A stretch of 64,000 nt of DNA from an uncultured Candidatus Saccharibacteria bacterium (GTDB lineage Bacteria > Patescibacteriota > Minisyncoccia > UBA6257 > 2-01-FULL-56-20). Under the pieces are notes generated by a model. It worked only from the letters and a program-made list of their open reading frames with translations. It did not search any database and was not told the origin of the DNA. The position numbers were made by a program, and so were the translations under genes. The stretch is taken from positions 238,850 to 302,849 of the forward strand of contig OZ246418.1 in NCBI GenBank assembly GCA_965231155.1. The letters run 5' to 3'. Shown piece after piece: positions 18,863-28,535 of the stretch (its first letter is position 1; every line of letters starts with the position of its first letter).

Positions 18863-19132
18863 CTATTCCACCAGAGTCGATCTGGCCTCGACGCAAACGA
18901 CGTCGAGCAGATCGTCGATGCTCTCGAAGGGAGCCTCCCCGAAGTGAGAGGTGATCCTCTCTTCCGGGAGAACAATCTCCACCTCGACCACCCTCTCAAC
19001 TACAATCAGTCCGAGACGGAGCGTCTCCGTCCGGATGAATCGGATCGTCGGTAGCAGAACTGCCTCGCCATCAGGCGAGACAAAAACTACCATCTCGACC
19101 TGTGCCCTTCTTCTCTGAGCTACAACCTTCAT
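18863..19132 (-). CDS. Hypothetical protein downstream of the SPFH gene (possible NfeD-like OB-fold partner)
   Basis: 89 aa, beta-rich composition, GC-rich like the neighbouring SPFH gene. Confidence 0.3.
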   Translation of the reverse strand: MKVVAQRRRAQVEMVVFVSPDGEAVLLPTIRFIRTETLRLGLIVVERVVEVEIVLPEERITSHFGEAPFESIDDLLDVVCVEARSTLVE

Positions 19133-19204
19133 GTCCTTTTCCTTTCTAGCTCCCCCGTTAAACTAGGAAAATTTATACAATTTAAAAAAATATTTGTCAA
19201 TAAT

Positions 19205-19245
19205 GATAAAAAACCGCACGCCTCGAAAGTGAGGGGGGCGGATTA
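19205..19245 (-). terminator. Terminator (member of a repeated AAAAAACCGCAC(R)CCTCGAAAGTGAGGGGGCGG family)
   Basis: Hairpin plus T-run on the minus strand after the SPFH stop; near-identical copy at 20400-20433. Confidence 0.55.
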
Positions 19246-19324
19246 GTTCAGAGGAAAAATATAAAAGAAAAAGCCCAGAACAGCGATTGCTGTTCTGGGC
19301 TTTAAAAAGGATGTGTCTCTGTCC

Positions 19325-20284
19325 TTAGGCCTGGGCAGAGACTCCAGCCGAAGAAGCGTCGTGGTCCCTCCCGTTGGCCTTAGCGTTTGCCATCGCATGT
19401 TGCATGGCAGAGATCTTCCCGATGTCGAACTCGCCGCCCATCCCCATGGGAATGACGACAACATTGCCCGGACCGTTGGCGGCGTCGCGGATGGTATCAC
19501 GCATGTCCATCCGTTCGAGAAGACCCATGATCTCAGCGTGATTGAAGTCATCGCCGAGTGCTGCCTTCATCCCATCGACGACCGTTCTCCGTTGTTCGAT
19601 GTAGGACTTGGCACGAATCTCCTGTCCCTCGGCATGAGCCCTCGCCTCGCCGAGGATCTTCGCCCTCTTGGCGTTGGCTTCGTTTTCTGCCGCCTCGAGT
19701 TCACGTTTCGAAGAAATGACGCGATCAAACGCGGCGCGAACTTCATCGCTGGGCTGGGGTTGGTCGACGAGCACACTCACGACCTCCTGGCCATACTGTT
19801 CGAACCGCTCCTTCAATGCATGGAGAACAGCGTGCTGGAACTCCTCGCGAGAAGAAAAGACTTCCTCCATCGTCATGGTGTTGGTGTGAGCTCGGACGAA
19901 GTTCTCGATGTAGGACATGATCTGCTCTTCGGAATCCTGAAGCTCGTAGACAGCTTCATAGACCTTCTCGAGTAAGATCTTCAGTTGCGCCTTGATCGGA
20001 ATGATCAAGAATGCATTGTCCTTCGTCTTCACGCCGATCTCCTTCGCAAGCTCGTAGGTTCTGAGGTCAGCCTCATCTGCAACTCGACCGAAGGGGAAGG
20101 GCATCTTGAACGATAGTCCCGCCTCCCGATAGCCGACGTACCTGCCGAGGACCTCGATCATCTTCACCGTCTTCTGTTGTGTGATGACGATGCAAGTACT
20201 GAGCCATCCCATGATGACCGACAGGATGATCGGTCCGAAAACCCACCACAGGTTGAACACCTCTTCCTCGTACCCGTTTCGCAT
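19325..20284 (-). CDS. SPFH/band-7 (stomatin/prohibitin/HflC-like) membrane protein
   Basis: N-terminal TM, SPFH core, C-terminal coiled coil 'ELEAAENEANAKRAKILGEARAHAEGQEIRAK'; GC-rich. Confidence 0.8.
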   Translation of the reverse strand: MRNGYEEEVFNLWWVFGPIILSVIMGWLSTCIVITQQKTVKMIEVLGRYVGYREAGLSFKMPFPFGRVADEADLRTYELAKEIGVKTKDNAFLIIPIKAQLKILLEKVYEAVYELQDSEEQIMSYIENFVRAHTNTMTMEEVFSSREEFQHAVLHALKERFEQYGQEVVSVLVDQPQPSDEVRAAFDRVISSKRELEAAENEANAKRAKILGEARAHAEGQEIRAKSYIEQRRTVVDGMKAALGDDFNHAEIMGLLERMDMRDTIRDAANGPGNVVVIPMGMGGEFDIGKISAMQHAMANAKANGRDHDASSAGVSAQA

Positions 20285-20399
20285 GTTATTACCTTTCTGT
20301 TATGTTCTCGGCCCGCCGAATGGTCAGGACTTACAAGAAATTGCTATTGCATATTATAAATTATAAAATTAATTATGTCAAATAAGTTGGTAACTAAAT

Positions 20400-20433
20400 A
20401 AAAAAACCGCACACCTCGAAAGTGAGGGGGCGG
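20400..20433 (-). terminator. Terminator, second copy of the repeated hairpin
   Basis: aaaaaaccgcacacctcgaaagtgagggggcgg, about 90% identical to 19205-19245. Confidence 0.55.
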
Positions 20434-20676
20434 TTAACAAATAAACTTATTTAAAGGCTGAACAGTGGCAAGATCGACTTCTGCCTCCCTTGAATCGGTT
20501 TCCGGACAAGCAGCCCTAATGAGCTTGGTAACCGTGAAGCTGAAATTGATGTCTGCACCGCAGCCACTACAGGTACCAATACCAATCATCTCTCCGCTAG
20601 AAGACAGAAACAACTGAATCCGAGAGACCTCTCCACACCCCTCATGAGTAAATGATACTGGGTAAAACGTGACCAT
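20434..20676 (-). CDS. Hypothetical Cys-containing small protein
   Basis: 80 aa, 'GTCSGCG' motif. Confidence 0.3.
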   Translation of the reverse strand: MVTFYPVSFTHEGCGEVSRIQLFLSSSGEMIGIGTCSGCGADINFSFTVTKLIRAACPETDSREAEVDLATVQPLNKFIC

Positions 20677-20759
20677 ACACTCCTCCCTGTATCGTTAGAC
20701 TACTTACAGTATAAACAGCTTCTTCTTTTTTAACTAACTTAAATAGAAACCTCATTAGA

Positions 20760-20800
20760 AAAGGGGCTTTTGCTTTTCCACAACGGGTTTAAGAAAAAAT
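20760..20800 (-). repeat. Partial copy of the repeated terminator module (core TTTTCCACAACGGGT)
   Basis: gcttttccacaacgggtt just downstream of the gpmA stop. Confidence 0.4.
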
Positions 20801-20819
20801 AATCGATCCAACAAAAAGA

Positions 20820-21446
20820 CTAGACCCGCTCCTCGTTCAGTCCCCGAACTTCTTTAGCCAAAACTTTTCCTTCCTGATCAAGTTCGTAGATATGTACTTC
20901 GCCGGTACCGATCTCTAACTCAGCCACCGCCTCGTCACTCACTCCTTCTAAATATTTCATTAGTGACCGCAAACTATTCCCGTGAGCAACAACAAGCGTG
21001 TTTAAATTATTTTTTATCTTAGAAAAAACCTCGGATGTGTAGTATGGCAGCACTCGAGCATACACCATCTCTAAACTTTCTCCGTTGGGAATTGGTTCAT
21101 CCCAGCTCCGACGAATCCTCTGAAAGACTTCATCGCCAACCAGTTCTTTAATCTCCCATTTATTTTTTCCCGTATAATCGCCATAATCTCGCTCGTTCAG
21201 CGCATGGTGCGATTCTACAGGAATATCCTTATCATCTCGCACAGAGAAAATACCTTGTAGTGTTTCCTTGGCTCGTTGCAACTCGGAAACGTATGCGTGG
21301 TGGATGGGAATATCTTGCAAAACATTCCCGGCTCGTTTTGCTTCTTCGATGCCCTCTTCTGTTAACGCAACATCAGTTTGTCCAGTCCACAAACCAAGCT
21401 TGTTCCATTTTGATTTTCCGTGTCGAACTAAAATAAGGTAAGCCAT
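20820..21446 (-). CDS. gpmA: 2,3-bisphosphoglycerate-dependent phosphoglycerate mutase
   Basis: 'LILVRHGKSKWN' catalytic His motif; start chosen at MAYLILV, 5 nt after the eno stop. Confidence 0.85.
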   Translation of the reverse strand: MAYLILVRHGKSKWNKLGLWTGQTDVALTEEGIEEAKRAGNVLQDIPIHHAYVSELQRAKETLQGIFSVRDDKDIPVESHHALNERDYGDYTGKNKWEIKELVGDEVFQRIRRSWDEPIPNGESLEMVYARVLPYYTSEVFSKIKNNLNTLVVAHGNSLRSLMKYLEGVSDEAVAELEIGTGEVHIYELDQEGKVLAKEVRGLNEERV

Positions 21447-21450
21447 AGCG

Positions 21451-22728
21451 TTACAACAAAAACCGCGAGAAGACCCCTTTCTCGCCAAGCGCTTCTTCGA
21501 TACGAAGCAACTCATTATATTTCGCCGTGCGATCACTGCGACTGACTGATCCAGTTTTTATCTGACCAACACCTAAGCCCACTGCCAAATGGGCAATCGT
21601 CGCATCCTCCGTCTCTCCCGAACGATGCGATAATACCGCCCGCCAGCCAGCCTGATGTGCCATCTCCACCGCCGCAATTGTTTCTGTTAATGTGCCAATC
21701 TGATTTACTTTAATCAAAATTGCATTGGCTGATTTTTCTCGAATACCACGCTCTAAAAATTTTGTATTCGTCACAAAAAGATCATCGCCAACAAGCTGAA
21801 TCTTCTTTCCCAATCGTTCAGTCATTTTCTTCCAACCATCCCAATCGTCTTCGGCCAAGCCATCTTCAATCGAAATAATTGGATACTGATCAATGAGCGA
21901 TGTATACCAATCAATCATCTCCTCCGAAGAAAACACTTTGTTTTCTCGATTAAGATGATATGCCCCGTCTTTGTAAAGCTCCGACGAAGCAACGTCGAGC
22001 GCCAGCGCAATATCCTTGCCCAACGTGTATCCTGCAATCTCTACAGCTTCGGCAATGAGATCTAACGCTTCTTGATTTCCTTGTTTCACATGTGGCGCAT
22101 ATCCTCCTTCGTCACCAACGGTCGTTCCATATCCTTTTTTCGTTAATACCTTTTTCAAAGCATGAAATACATTCACCATCGCCTCAAGCGCCTGATGCGA
22201 CTTCCCAAAACCAATCGGCACAATCATAAACTCCTGAATGTCTGTTGATCCTGCCGCATGTTTTCCGCCGTTAATAATATTGCAGAGTGGCATCGGCATA
22301 AGCGGTGGTCGTTTCTCCTCCATCAGATCCTCAATATACTGGAACAGCGCTCGGTTTTGCGATTTCGCAGTGGCGTGCGCATTCGCTAAAGAAACCGCTA
22401 AAATCGCATTCGCCCCTAATCGTTTTTTATTTTCTGTACCATCAGCCTTAATCATAAGGCGATCGATTCCGGCCTGATCTTCAGAATCCTTCCTGACTAA
22501 AAGATTATTAATTTCTTCCTTAATATTTTTGACTGCCTGCAACACACCCTTTCCTCCATACCGCGTTCCCCCATCACGCAACTCATGCGCCTCGTAGGTT
22601 CCCGTTGAGGCACCAGACGGCACCGCCGCCCGACCGATAGTTCCGTTTTCTAAAATAACATCCGCCTCCACCGTTGGATTTCCTCGTGAATCTAAAATCT
22701 CCCGAGCAATAATTTTTTGTATCTTCAT
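21451..22728 (-). CDS. eno: Enolase
   Basis: Full-length enolase signature including 'SHRSGETED' and 'IKVNQIGT'. Confidence 0.95.
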   Translation of the reverse strand: MKIQKIIAREILDSRGNPTVEADVILENGTIGRAAVPSGASTGTYEAHELRDGGTRYGGKGVLQAVKNIKEEINNLLVRKDSEDQAGIDRLMIKADGTENKKRLGANAILAVSLANAHATAKSQNRALFQYIEDLMEEKRPPLMPMPLCNIINGGKHAAGSTDIQEFMIVPIGFGKSHQALEAMVNVFHALKKVLTKKGYGTTVGDEGGYAPHVKQGNQEALDLIAEAVEIAGYTLGKDIALALDVASSELYKDGAYHLNRENKVFSSEEMIDWYTSLIDQYPIISIEDGLAEDDWDGWKKMTERLGKKIQLVGDDLFVTNTKFLERGIREKSANAILIKVNQIGTLTETIAAVEMAHQAGWRAVLSHRSGETEDATIAHLAVGLGVGQIKTGSVSRSDRTAKYNELLRIEEALGEKGVFSRFLL

Positions 22729-22849
22729 ATATAAAAAGAAAAATAAAAAAAGCGTCCGACACGCAATATGGAATTACTATAATGTTCGTTGTCTTAGAAA
22801 TCAACAACGCCCGTAGAATGAGATGGACTTCATCTATCTATCAAGTTAT

Positions 22850-22920
22850 TTCAGTCATTTCTGAGTAGGCGAGCAATAAAAAAACTCTCAATAATAGAGG
22901 GTCTTTTAATTTCCCACTCC
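22850..22920 (-). repeat. Repeated intergenic terminator module, copy A
   Basis: TCATTTCTGAGTAGGCGAGCAATAAAAAA-hairpin-TCTTTTAATTTCCCAC; overlaps the stop of 22906..23925. Confidence 0.6.
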
Positions 22921-23925
22921 CTCATTCGGTACCTCGTCTTTGGTTATCCTGAATGTGGATAGGATTGCTTGAAGATCGTAACTGCGTGTGGTCAACACAT
23001 ACATCGAAGCTTTACTCATCATGTATGCCGCCTTATAAGACCCTATCAGTGAATTTTCTTCATACACCGTATTCGGACGATCCCCAATTCCTTCCCTTAC
23101 AATTGATTCGGAGTTATCAAGGATCCCGTAGCGAGAGATATCTATGCCATCGAACTCCCTTACTACTTCCCCATTCTCCGTTACGCCTCGTCCGATACTC
23201 GGTTCCCTGGCTGGATCGTAGACCAGTAATCCAAAGTGAGTAGATCCTTCTAGCTTAAAAATGCCTTGCTTTTTTAGATCCACCACAAAGTTCGAGGGGT
23301 ATTTAAACTCAAATCCAAAATCATTATTTCTATAGGTTTTCCAAGTTGAAGTTTCGGGAGATAAATCAAGAGAGTAGTGCTTCTCCGGTATGCTTTTCAC
23401 TAGGAGATCAAAAACCTTAAGAATATCTGGGCGGATGCTTTGAGTTAATAAGTAATCTGTTCCAGGATCGGTGCCTAGGACCAAATCCCCTACAATCTCA
23501 CACCTTGTCTGCGGATTCTTTTTCCTAAAATATGCGCAGTTATTATTCATCCCTCCTCCATATACTACAATCTGATCTTCGTCATACTCACTCGCTTCTC
23601 TCTTTAGGATGTCTGGAGGGGTAAGAATGACTGCTTGTAATGGACTATCTTTTCCTGCAGTAAGACCACCCTCTATTAACATGAGTGGATGACGAATCTC
23701 TTTTACATTCCAACTACTCGGATACTGAAAAACGAAGTTCGTATACTCACTCTTGAACTTATCGAATGTTTTCCATCCTAATCTTGAACCCTCAATACCA
23801 CCCACCGCTACCGGCTCCTCTCCCCAACTATTCCAGACATTAATCCCAAGAAAGCATGCTACGGGGATGCCAATAACAATTATTAAGACGATGAGAATAC
23901 GCTTGATCGAAATCCCTTTATTCAT
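22906..23925 (-). CDS. Membrane-anchored hypothetical protein
   Basis: TM helix 'ILIVLIIVIGIPVACFLGI' then a ~300-aa extracytoplasmic domain; start taken at MNKGISIK because the track GTG start lies inside repeat copy B. Confidence 0.5.
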   Translation of the reverse strand: MNKGISIKRILIVLIIVIGIPVACFLGINVWNSWGEEPVAVGGIEGSRLGWKTFDKFKSEYTNFVFQYPSSWNVKEIRHPLMLIEGGLTAGKDSPLQAVILTPPDILKREASEYDEDQIVVYGGGMNNNCAYFRKKNPQTRCEIVGDLVLGTDPGTDYLLTQSIRPDILKVFDLLVKSIPEKHYSLDLSPETSTWKTYRNNDFGFEFKYPSNFVVDLKKQGIFKLEGSTHFGLLVYDPAREPSIGRGVTENGEVVREFDGIDISRYGILDNSESIVREGIGDRPNTVYEENSLIGSYKAAYMMSKASMYVLTTRSYDLQAILSTFRITKDEVPNEGVGN

Positions 23926-23940
23926 GAAGCTAAGTATACC

Positions 23941-23992
23941 AAAAGACCCTCTATTTATGAGGGTCTTTTGTTTTTCCACAACGGGTACCCAG
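23941..23992 (-). repeat. Repeated terminator module, copy B
   Basis: Perfect 8-bp hairpin agaccctc-tatttat-gagggtct + TCTTTTGTTTTTCCACAACGGGTA. Confidence 0.6.
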
Positions 23993-24068
23993 AAAAAATA
24001 AAAGAAACTTCGTTTCTCTTCGCTATCATCAAAATGAGTGGAACTAAAATTTCGCCAGTTCTCACTCT

Positions 24069-24512
24069 TTACTTTGGGGAAGCAGCCCTCTTCCTTAAAT
24101 TATCCAAAGCCACTCCAACTAACGCCAGTATAAATAACTCTGCCGAACTAACGGCAATAAATTTCTCATGTTTATTCTGATAAAATTCTTCCCTGTCCGA
24201 CTGCTCGTCAGAAATACGAGTTCCTAATATTCTATCCATTCTTTCTGCCGCTACTCCTCTGATTCGATCCGAAGTAGTCATAAGAGCTTCACGAGTAGGA
24301 AACAGGCGCTGCATCTTCCCTAAGATTTCTTCCTCTCTATCGCTGGGCACCTGATGACTTTTGAAATCATAGCCTTCTTCTCTAAACATTAACGTGATCG
24401 CTGTCAGTAGACTGTCTCCATCTTCTGCATCCTCTAGCATTGAAACCCAAGAATTCTCATCTAGACGATCCCCTTCTTCTGGACTGCCTACCTCTGAAAT
24501 TTTTTCTTTCAT
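24069..24512 (-). CDS. Hypothetical acidic protein
   Basis: Start at MKEKISEVG preceded by TTGAAT-18-TAATAA; no known domain. Confidence 0.4.
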   Translation of the reverse strand: MKEKISEVGSPEEGDRLDENSWVSMLEDAEDGDSLLTAITLMFREEGYDFKSHQVPSDREEEILGKMQRLFPTREALMTTSDRIRGVAAERMDRILGTRISDEQSDREEFYQNKHEKFIAVSSAELFILALVGVALDNLRKRAASPK

Positions 24513-24597
24513 TTTTTTTATTATGCCACACCTCCCATAGAATTCAAGTTGGCGAAAATAGAAATGGTTCACAGAATATTAAAACAGCCCTCAAATT

Positions 24598-24682
24598 GGC
24601 CGTTTCGTTCATTTCTGAGTAGACGCGCAATAAAAGACCATCATTAATAGAGGGTCTTTTACTTTTCCACAACGGGTATTTG
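24598..24682 (-). repeat. Repeated terminator module, copy C
   Basis: CCGTTTCGTTCATTTCTGAGTAGACGCGCAATAAAAG-hairpin-TCTTTTACTTTTCCACAACGGGTATTTG. Confidence 0.65.
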
Positions 24683-24694
24683 CAAAGTAATTGG

Positions 24695-25126
24695 CTATTT
24701 TGGTACCGTTCTGAACTTTGGAAGCTTGTCGTGGATTTGATAGTAGTCTCCTTTGTTTTTAGTGAAGATGTGAATACCTTTTTTGATCTTTATTTTTCCG
24801 TCAATGAGTCCTGCTAGAATATATATCTTTGAGCTGCCCTGGTAATCCCAAGTAATTGGAGATCCACAGTTATTACAAAAGGTTCTGGCTACCTTTGGAG
24901 ATGATTTATATTTCTTGATAGTTTTACCTGTTACAGAAATTGACTCTCGTGGAGCAGCCAAAAATGCTCCGTGCATACCATAGTTTTTACGACACTGTGT
25001 ACAGTGACAAAACCAGATGTTATCAAAGGGGTTTTTGAGTTTGAAACGAACCTTACCACAAAGACACGATCCGCTCAGCATTTCCTTCTTTTGTCTCATT
25101 GGCTGCATATGAAAATCATAACACAA
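24695..25126 (-). CDS. GFA/CENP-V family zinc-binding protein (glutathione-dependent formaldehyde-activating-like)
   Basis: 'CLCGKVRF...CHCTQCRK...CNNCGSP' Cys pattern typical of the GFA domain. Confidence 0.65.
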   Translation of the reverse strand: MCYDFHMQPMRQKKEMLSGSCLCGKVRFKLKNPFDNIWFCHCTQCRKNYGMHGAFLAAPRESISVTGKTIKKYKSSPKVARTFCNNCGSPITWDYQGSSKIYILAGLIDGKIKIKKGIHIFTKNKGDYYQIHDKLPKFRTVPK

Positions 25127-25199
25127 CCCTTTTCCTCAAGAGTTTGCATAGGGTACAGAGGTGAAACTGAAAGAACCGTTTGAGAGGGTGTGTGGAAAT

Positions 25200-26474
25200 C
25201 TATTGATCTAGGATTGGTTTAGAATTTAATACCTCCGGAGGGAACTTTCTCCACTTACCTTTTCTTCCGGAAACCATATGCCTTAAAACCATGTGTTCTG
25301 CCTCATCCGAATGGGTTCGAGAGCTCGTTGGCCTAGCTTCTTTCATAAACTTTTCTATATTTTCTTTTAATGTCTTCTCAGTTTCAGGATTTATTTTATC
25401 CGTGCCATCGAACTTTCGTGTATAACTTTTCATCTCTCTCCATGTTTGTGACATGTATTTATCCCATAGTCTCGTTGTTAGAAATGCTGTGTCATCAGGA
25501 GGACAAGGAGCAAAACTTACAACGCCTCTACTTTTAATTTCCTCGGGTAGGTGATCGTAATGATCATTCAATCTTGAAAAGTCATTTTTCAGATCTTCGC
25601 CACGCACAAATGTCTGATCCTCGCGCATAAAAAGAGGGGCTATATTGATGTGTAGTTTATCACTCGAGGTGAAAATGTTACAAAACGGTAAGTAGTACAA
25701 ATAGGATATATCAATTTTGTGAGTTTGTGGGTGAGCAAATGATTCAAATAAATTAGCAGCTGTTCCCATAGAGAAAAAAAGATCCACTGAAAAAATATAA
25801 GAGAAGTATGGAGCAAACTCACTTATAGGTTTTGAGCCAGAAAGTTTCCATCGCTCCAGTACCTTCATCCGAGCTTCTCTAATTACTCCCAAAGAACCCA
25901 TCGCAGAATCTATGGCACTTTCATCAGCCATTTCTTTAGCAATATAATCAACATGGCCTTTTAATTCTTGAAATGATCTTGGTCTACCAATTACCGTGAA
26001 TATTTTTTCAAAGCCCGAATAATCCTCTATTTTTGAGGCAGCGATTTCTTTCCTCCAATTTTTTGCAATATTTCTTTCTATATCTAAAAATTGCCTATTT
26101 CCCCATCTTTTTGAAGCCTCCATCTCTGGAGAATCCTGAAATATTACTCCGGTCTTGCCCTCAAGCTCTACGGTCTTCCCGCCAGAAATAATAGGCCTTC
26201 CGGACATCTCTACTTTTTCATATCCCAAAAGCTCACCAGCAATCAAAGATTGGTGATGGACCGCAACGCAACTCATGTCTGGTGTTTTGCGAGCGATACT
26301 TCCAACTACATCTTCGGGTAGCCTCCCTTTACGAACTTCTTTTTCTAAGTCGGCTAGAGTTTCTACAAAAAATAGAGGAGTTATGTTGTTTAGATAGAAA
26401 TTTTCTAACCACATAGACTCATCATCACTCAGCCCCTGTAAGGCAGATTTATCAAATATAAGAGACGGACCCAT
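25200..26474 (-). CDS. Hypothetical protein (424 aa)
   Basis: Long ORF, no recognisable motif; followed 8 nt later by a small secreted-protein gene. Confidence 0.5.
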   Translation of the reverse strand: MGPSLIFDKSALQGLSDDESMWLENFYLNNITPLFFVETLADLEKEVRKGRLPEDVVGSIARKTPDMSCVAVHHQSLIAGELLGYEKVEMSGRPIISGGKTVELEGKTGVIFQDSPEMEASKRWGNRQFLDIERNIAKNWRKEIAASKIEDYSGFEKIFTVIGRPRSFQELKGHVDYIAKEMADESAIDSAMGSLGVIREARMKVLERWKLSGSKPISEFAPYFSYIFSVDLFFSMGTAANLFESFAHPQTHKIDISYLYYLPFCNIFTSSDKLHINIAPLFMREDQTFVRGEDLKNDFSRLNDHYDHLPEEIKSRGVVSFAPCPPDDTAFLTTRLWDKYMSQTWREMKSYTRKFDGTDKINPETEKTLKENIEKFMKEARPTSSRTHSDEAEHMVLRHMVSGRKGKWRKFPPEVLNSKPILDQ

Positions 26475-26482
26475 CTTTTCTG

Positions 26483-26821
26483 TTATGTATTTCTCTTAGG
26501 ATCAACAACAATAATTCTTCCTTTTGGATCAATTCTTGCCACAAGTTTGGTTCCAATGTGATCGTTTATATAATCAGCTCTGACCAAAACAGCCCAGCTA
26601 CTTCCTGTCATAGCAAGAGCATACTGAAGCATTTCCGCTCCGTCTTCCACGCTCACAGACTCTTCTTGTTTTTCCGGCCGCTTCTGAGGTTCTAGGCCAA
26701 AAGAAATTACGGTTTTATTGGGCTGGCCATTCTGGGGGATTGAGCTGGTTATTTGACCACCCCAACCCATCACGGCAAGAACAGAAAGGAAAGAGGCTAA
26801 TTTGGCTTTAACATTTTTCAT
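26483..26821 (-). CDS. Small secreted protein
   Basis: Signal peptide 'MKNVKAKLASFLSVLAVMGWG'. Confidence 0.45.
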   Translation of the reverse strand: MKNVKAKLASFLSVLAVMGWGGQITSSIPQNGQPNKTVISFGLEPQKRPEKQEESVSVEDGAEMLQYALAMTGSSWAVLVRADYINDHIGTKLVARIDPKGRIIVVDPKRNT

Positions 26822-26926
26822 GACGACTTGATTCTATACCCTGCTCCCAGAATCACAAATCGTCTGACTGGATAAACTGTTTATTCGTTCGGGGAATAAA
26901 AAAGCCGCACTCTGAGAGAACGGCTA

Positions 26927-27283
26927 TTACTTGCTGGCCATGTAGAGAGGGACGCTATCGGCCAAATCTTGAGCGCTAATGCCCAGCTCCTCTGCAAGCT
27001 TCACGGCATTGATGAACATCTTTACCGTAGCTTCTTTGAGGATGGCGTTGTCCATGTGCTCGCTGCCAGCATGATCCCAGCGCTCACATTCGGCTGCCAG
27101 TTTTCCTATGGATTTGCACATATGGAAAACGCTATGACCGACGACGAATACCTTCTTCTGGCTAGGAGAGGCTACCCCTAGCGTTGGGTAGTGCTCCGGC
27201 GTGAAGGTATACCGTGCACCGATATATTCCATGATCTTAGTTAGATCAGTTGATTGAGACATCATTACCCCTTTCGCTGTCAT
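26927..27283 (-). CDS. DinB/YfiT-like (DinB_2 superfamily) protein
   Basis: His-rich four-helix pattern 'GHSVFHM...WDHAGSEHMDNAIL'; conserved promoter/leader module upstream; true start probably the internal MMSQS after the AAAGGGG Shine-Dalgarno. Confidence 0.5.
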   Translation of the reverse strand: MTAKGVMMSQSTDLTKIMEYIGARYTFTPEHYPTLGVASPSQKKVFVVGHSVFHMCKSIGKLAAECERWDHAGSEHMDNAILKEATVKMFINAVKLAEELGISAQDLADSVPLYMASK

Positions 27284-27412
27284 CCTTATACATCAACCAG
27301 AAGCTTGGTTCAACTCCGGTCATCTCTCAGACCATTTCGTTCATTTCTGATTAGGCACGGAATAAAAAACCCTCATAAATAGAGGGTCTTTCATTTTTCC
27401 ACAACTGATACT
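27284..27412 (-). repeat. Repeated terminator + promoter/leader module, copy D (extended form)
   Basis: About 90% identical to 28887-29015 over ~125 nt; contains the ccctc/gaggg hairpin + T-run, then TTGAAC-17-TATAAG and a Shine-Dalgarno. Confidence 0.7.
27285..27313 (-). promoter_or_regulatory. Sigma70-like promoter TTGAAC-17nt-TATAAG inside module D
   Basis: Identical -35/-10 hexamers and spacing conserved in module E. Confidence 0.5.
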
Positions 27413-27415
27413 TAG

Positions 27416-27440
27416 GTGGAGATGGACGGACGGTAGTGGA
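27416..27440 (-). repeat. Direct-repeat copy of the tmRNA 3' end (att-like remnant), copy 3
   Basis: GTGGAGATGGACGGA matches the ssrA 3' end 14/15; the following CGGTAGTGG is shared with copy 2. Confidence 0.55.
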
Positions 27441-27454
27441 AATAGATTCTGTTC

Positions 27455-28273
27455 CTATTCCTTAGGAAGCAGAAACTTGGTTTTGTCCGGTGACAGCAAT
27501 TCTAGCGAAGGGACAACAAATAGCTTGTCTTGCATCTTTGAGTAGTCGTAACTGGTGTTTGTAATCTCATCAATATCAAACGGCCTCCTCAAAACTTCAG
27601 AAGAGAAGGCGTGCTCTATTTCTCCCAATGATGACAGAAGTCCCGCTCCAAATGCTTTTATTCCTTCTTGCTCCTGAACTAAACCGAATTCAACCACAAA
27701 CCAATAGAGACGTTCGAGTTTTGTTATCTCCTCATCATTAGCTGTCCAGGCCAATTTCCCCAGACGTTCAGAAAAATCGGAAAACTCTTTATTCATAAAC
27801 ATTGGAACATGTCCGATTAGTTCGTGAATAATATCTGGCTCGGGAGTGTACTCGGGTTGTGAGCCGTGCCTAATGTACTGAGTACAAAGCATGGTTCGCT
27901 CTCCAAGATAGCTCAAAAAACTTCTGGCATCCACCAGACCTTCTACAGGAGCTAGTCGAAAATTTGCTTTTCGCTCTAACTCTTCCGAGATGTCTTTGAG
28001 CTGAGGAATTCTATCAGGTGATATACCAAGTTCTTTTTTCGCTTCTAAATACACTGATGACGCGTGAACTCTGTGTAGTTTCTCCAGCTTACTAACAACA
28101 AACTCCCAAACCTCGTTTTCTTCTTTGGTGTAAGAAACTGCTGGAATAGTTTTTGCCTTGGCATGTTGCTTGGATAACAAAGCAATCTCATTTCTCCGAG
28201 CTCGGTATTGTTTGTCATTTACCCCAGGATGATCCAGTGGAAGGATAGCTATGTTTTTGTGTTGTATATTCAT
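27455..28273 (-). CDS. phhA: Phenylalanine-4-hydroxylase (biopterin-dependent aromatic amino acid hydroxylase)
   Basis: 'CTQYIRHGSQPEYTPEPDIIHELIGHVPMF' iron-binding HExxGH region and overall PAH catalytic-domain colinearity. Confidence 0.8.
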   Translation of the reverse strand: MNIQHKNIAILPLDHPGVNDKQYRARRNEIALLSKQHAKAKTIPAVSYTKEENEVWEFVVSKLEKLHRVHASSVYLEAKKELGISPDRIPQLKDISEELERKANFRLAPVEGLVDARSFLSYLGERTMLCTQYIRHGSQPEYTPEPDIIHELIGHVPMFMNKEFSDFSERLGKLAWTANDEEITKLERLYWFVVEFGLVQEQEGIKAFGAGLLSSLGEIEHAFSSEVLRRPFDIDEITNTSYDYSKMQDKLFVVPSLELLSPDKTKFLLPKE

Positions 28274-28291
28274 AAATAAAAATTAGTAAAA

Positions 28292-28320
28292 AAACCGCCC
28301 CTGGATTAAAGAGGCGGTTG
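28292..28320 (-). terminator. Terminator
   Basis: ccgcctctttaatccaggggcgg hairpin plus T-run on the minus strand. Confidence 0.5.
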
Positions 28321-28476
28321 TATATTCGTAAGAAAGTGTTCGTTTAACAATACGAAGGAACCCCGCCGTAGGTGGTGTAGTAATAAGAAAAAATGAACAA
28401 TCTCATTGTCATTAGTTTTATCCTACATAATATAAAACACACAAGCAAGTCTTTGCTAGTCTATCGACTAACAGAG

Positions 28477-28500
28477 TGTGGAGATGGGCGGACGGTAGTA
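28477..28500 (-). repeat. Direct-repeat copy of the tmRNA 3' end (att-like), copy 2
   Basis: TGTGGAGATGGGCGGA is 16/16 identical to 29858-29873 at the ssrA 3' end. Confidence 0.6.
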
Positions 28501-28505
28501 GGAAT

Positions 28506-28535
28506 AAAAAAACCGCGCCTAGAAAGGGACGGCTA
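28506..28535 (-). terminator. Terminator after the zinc-ribbon gene
   Basis: ccgtccctttctaggcgcgg hairpin plus T-run on the minus strand. Confidence 0.5.
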
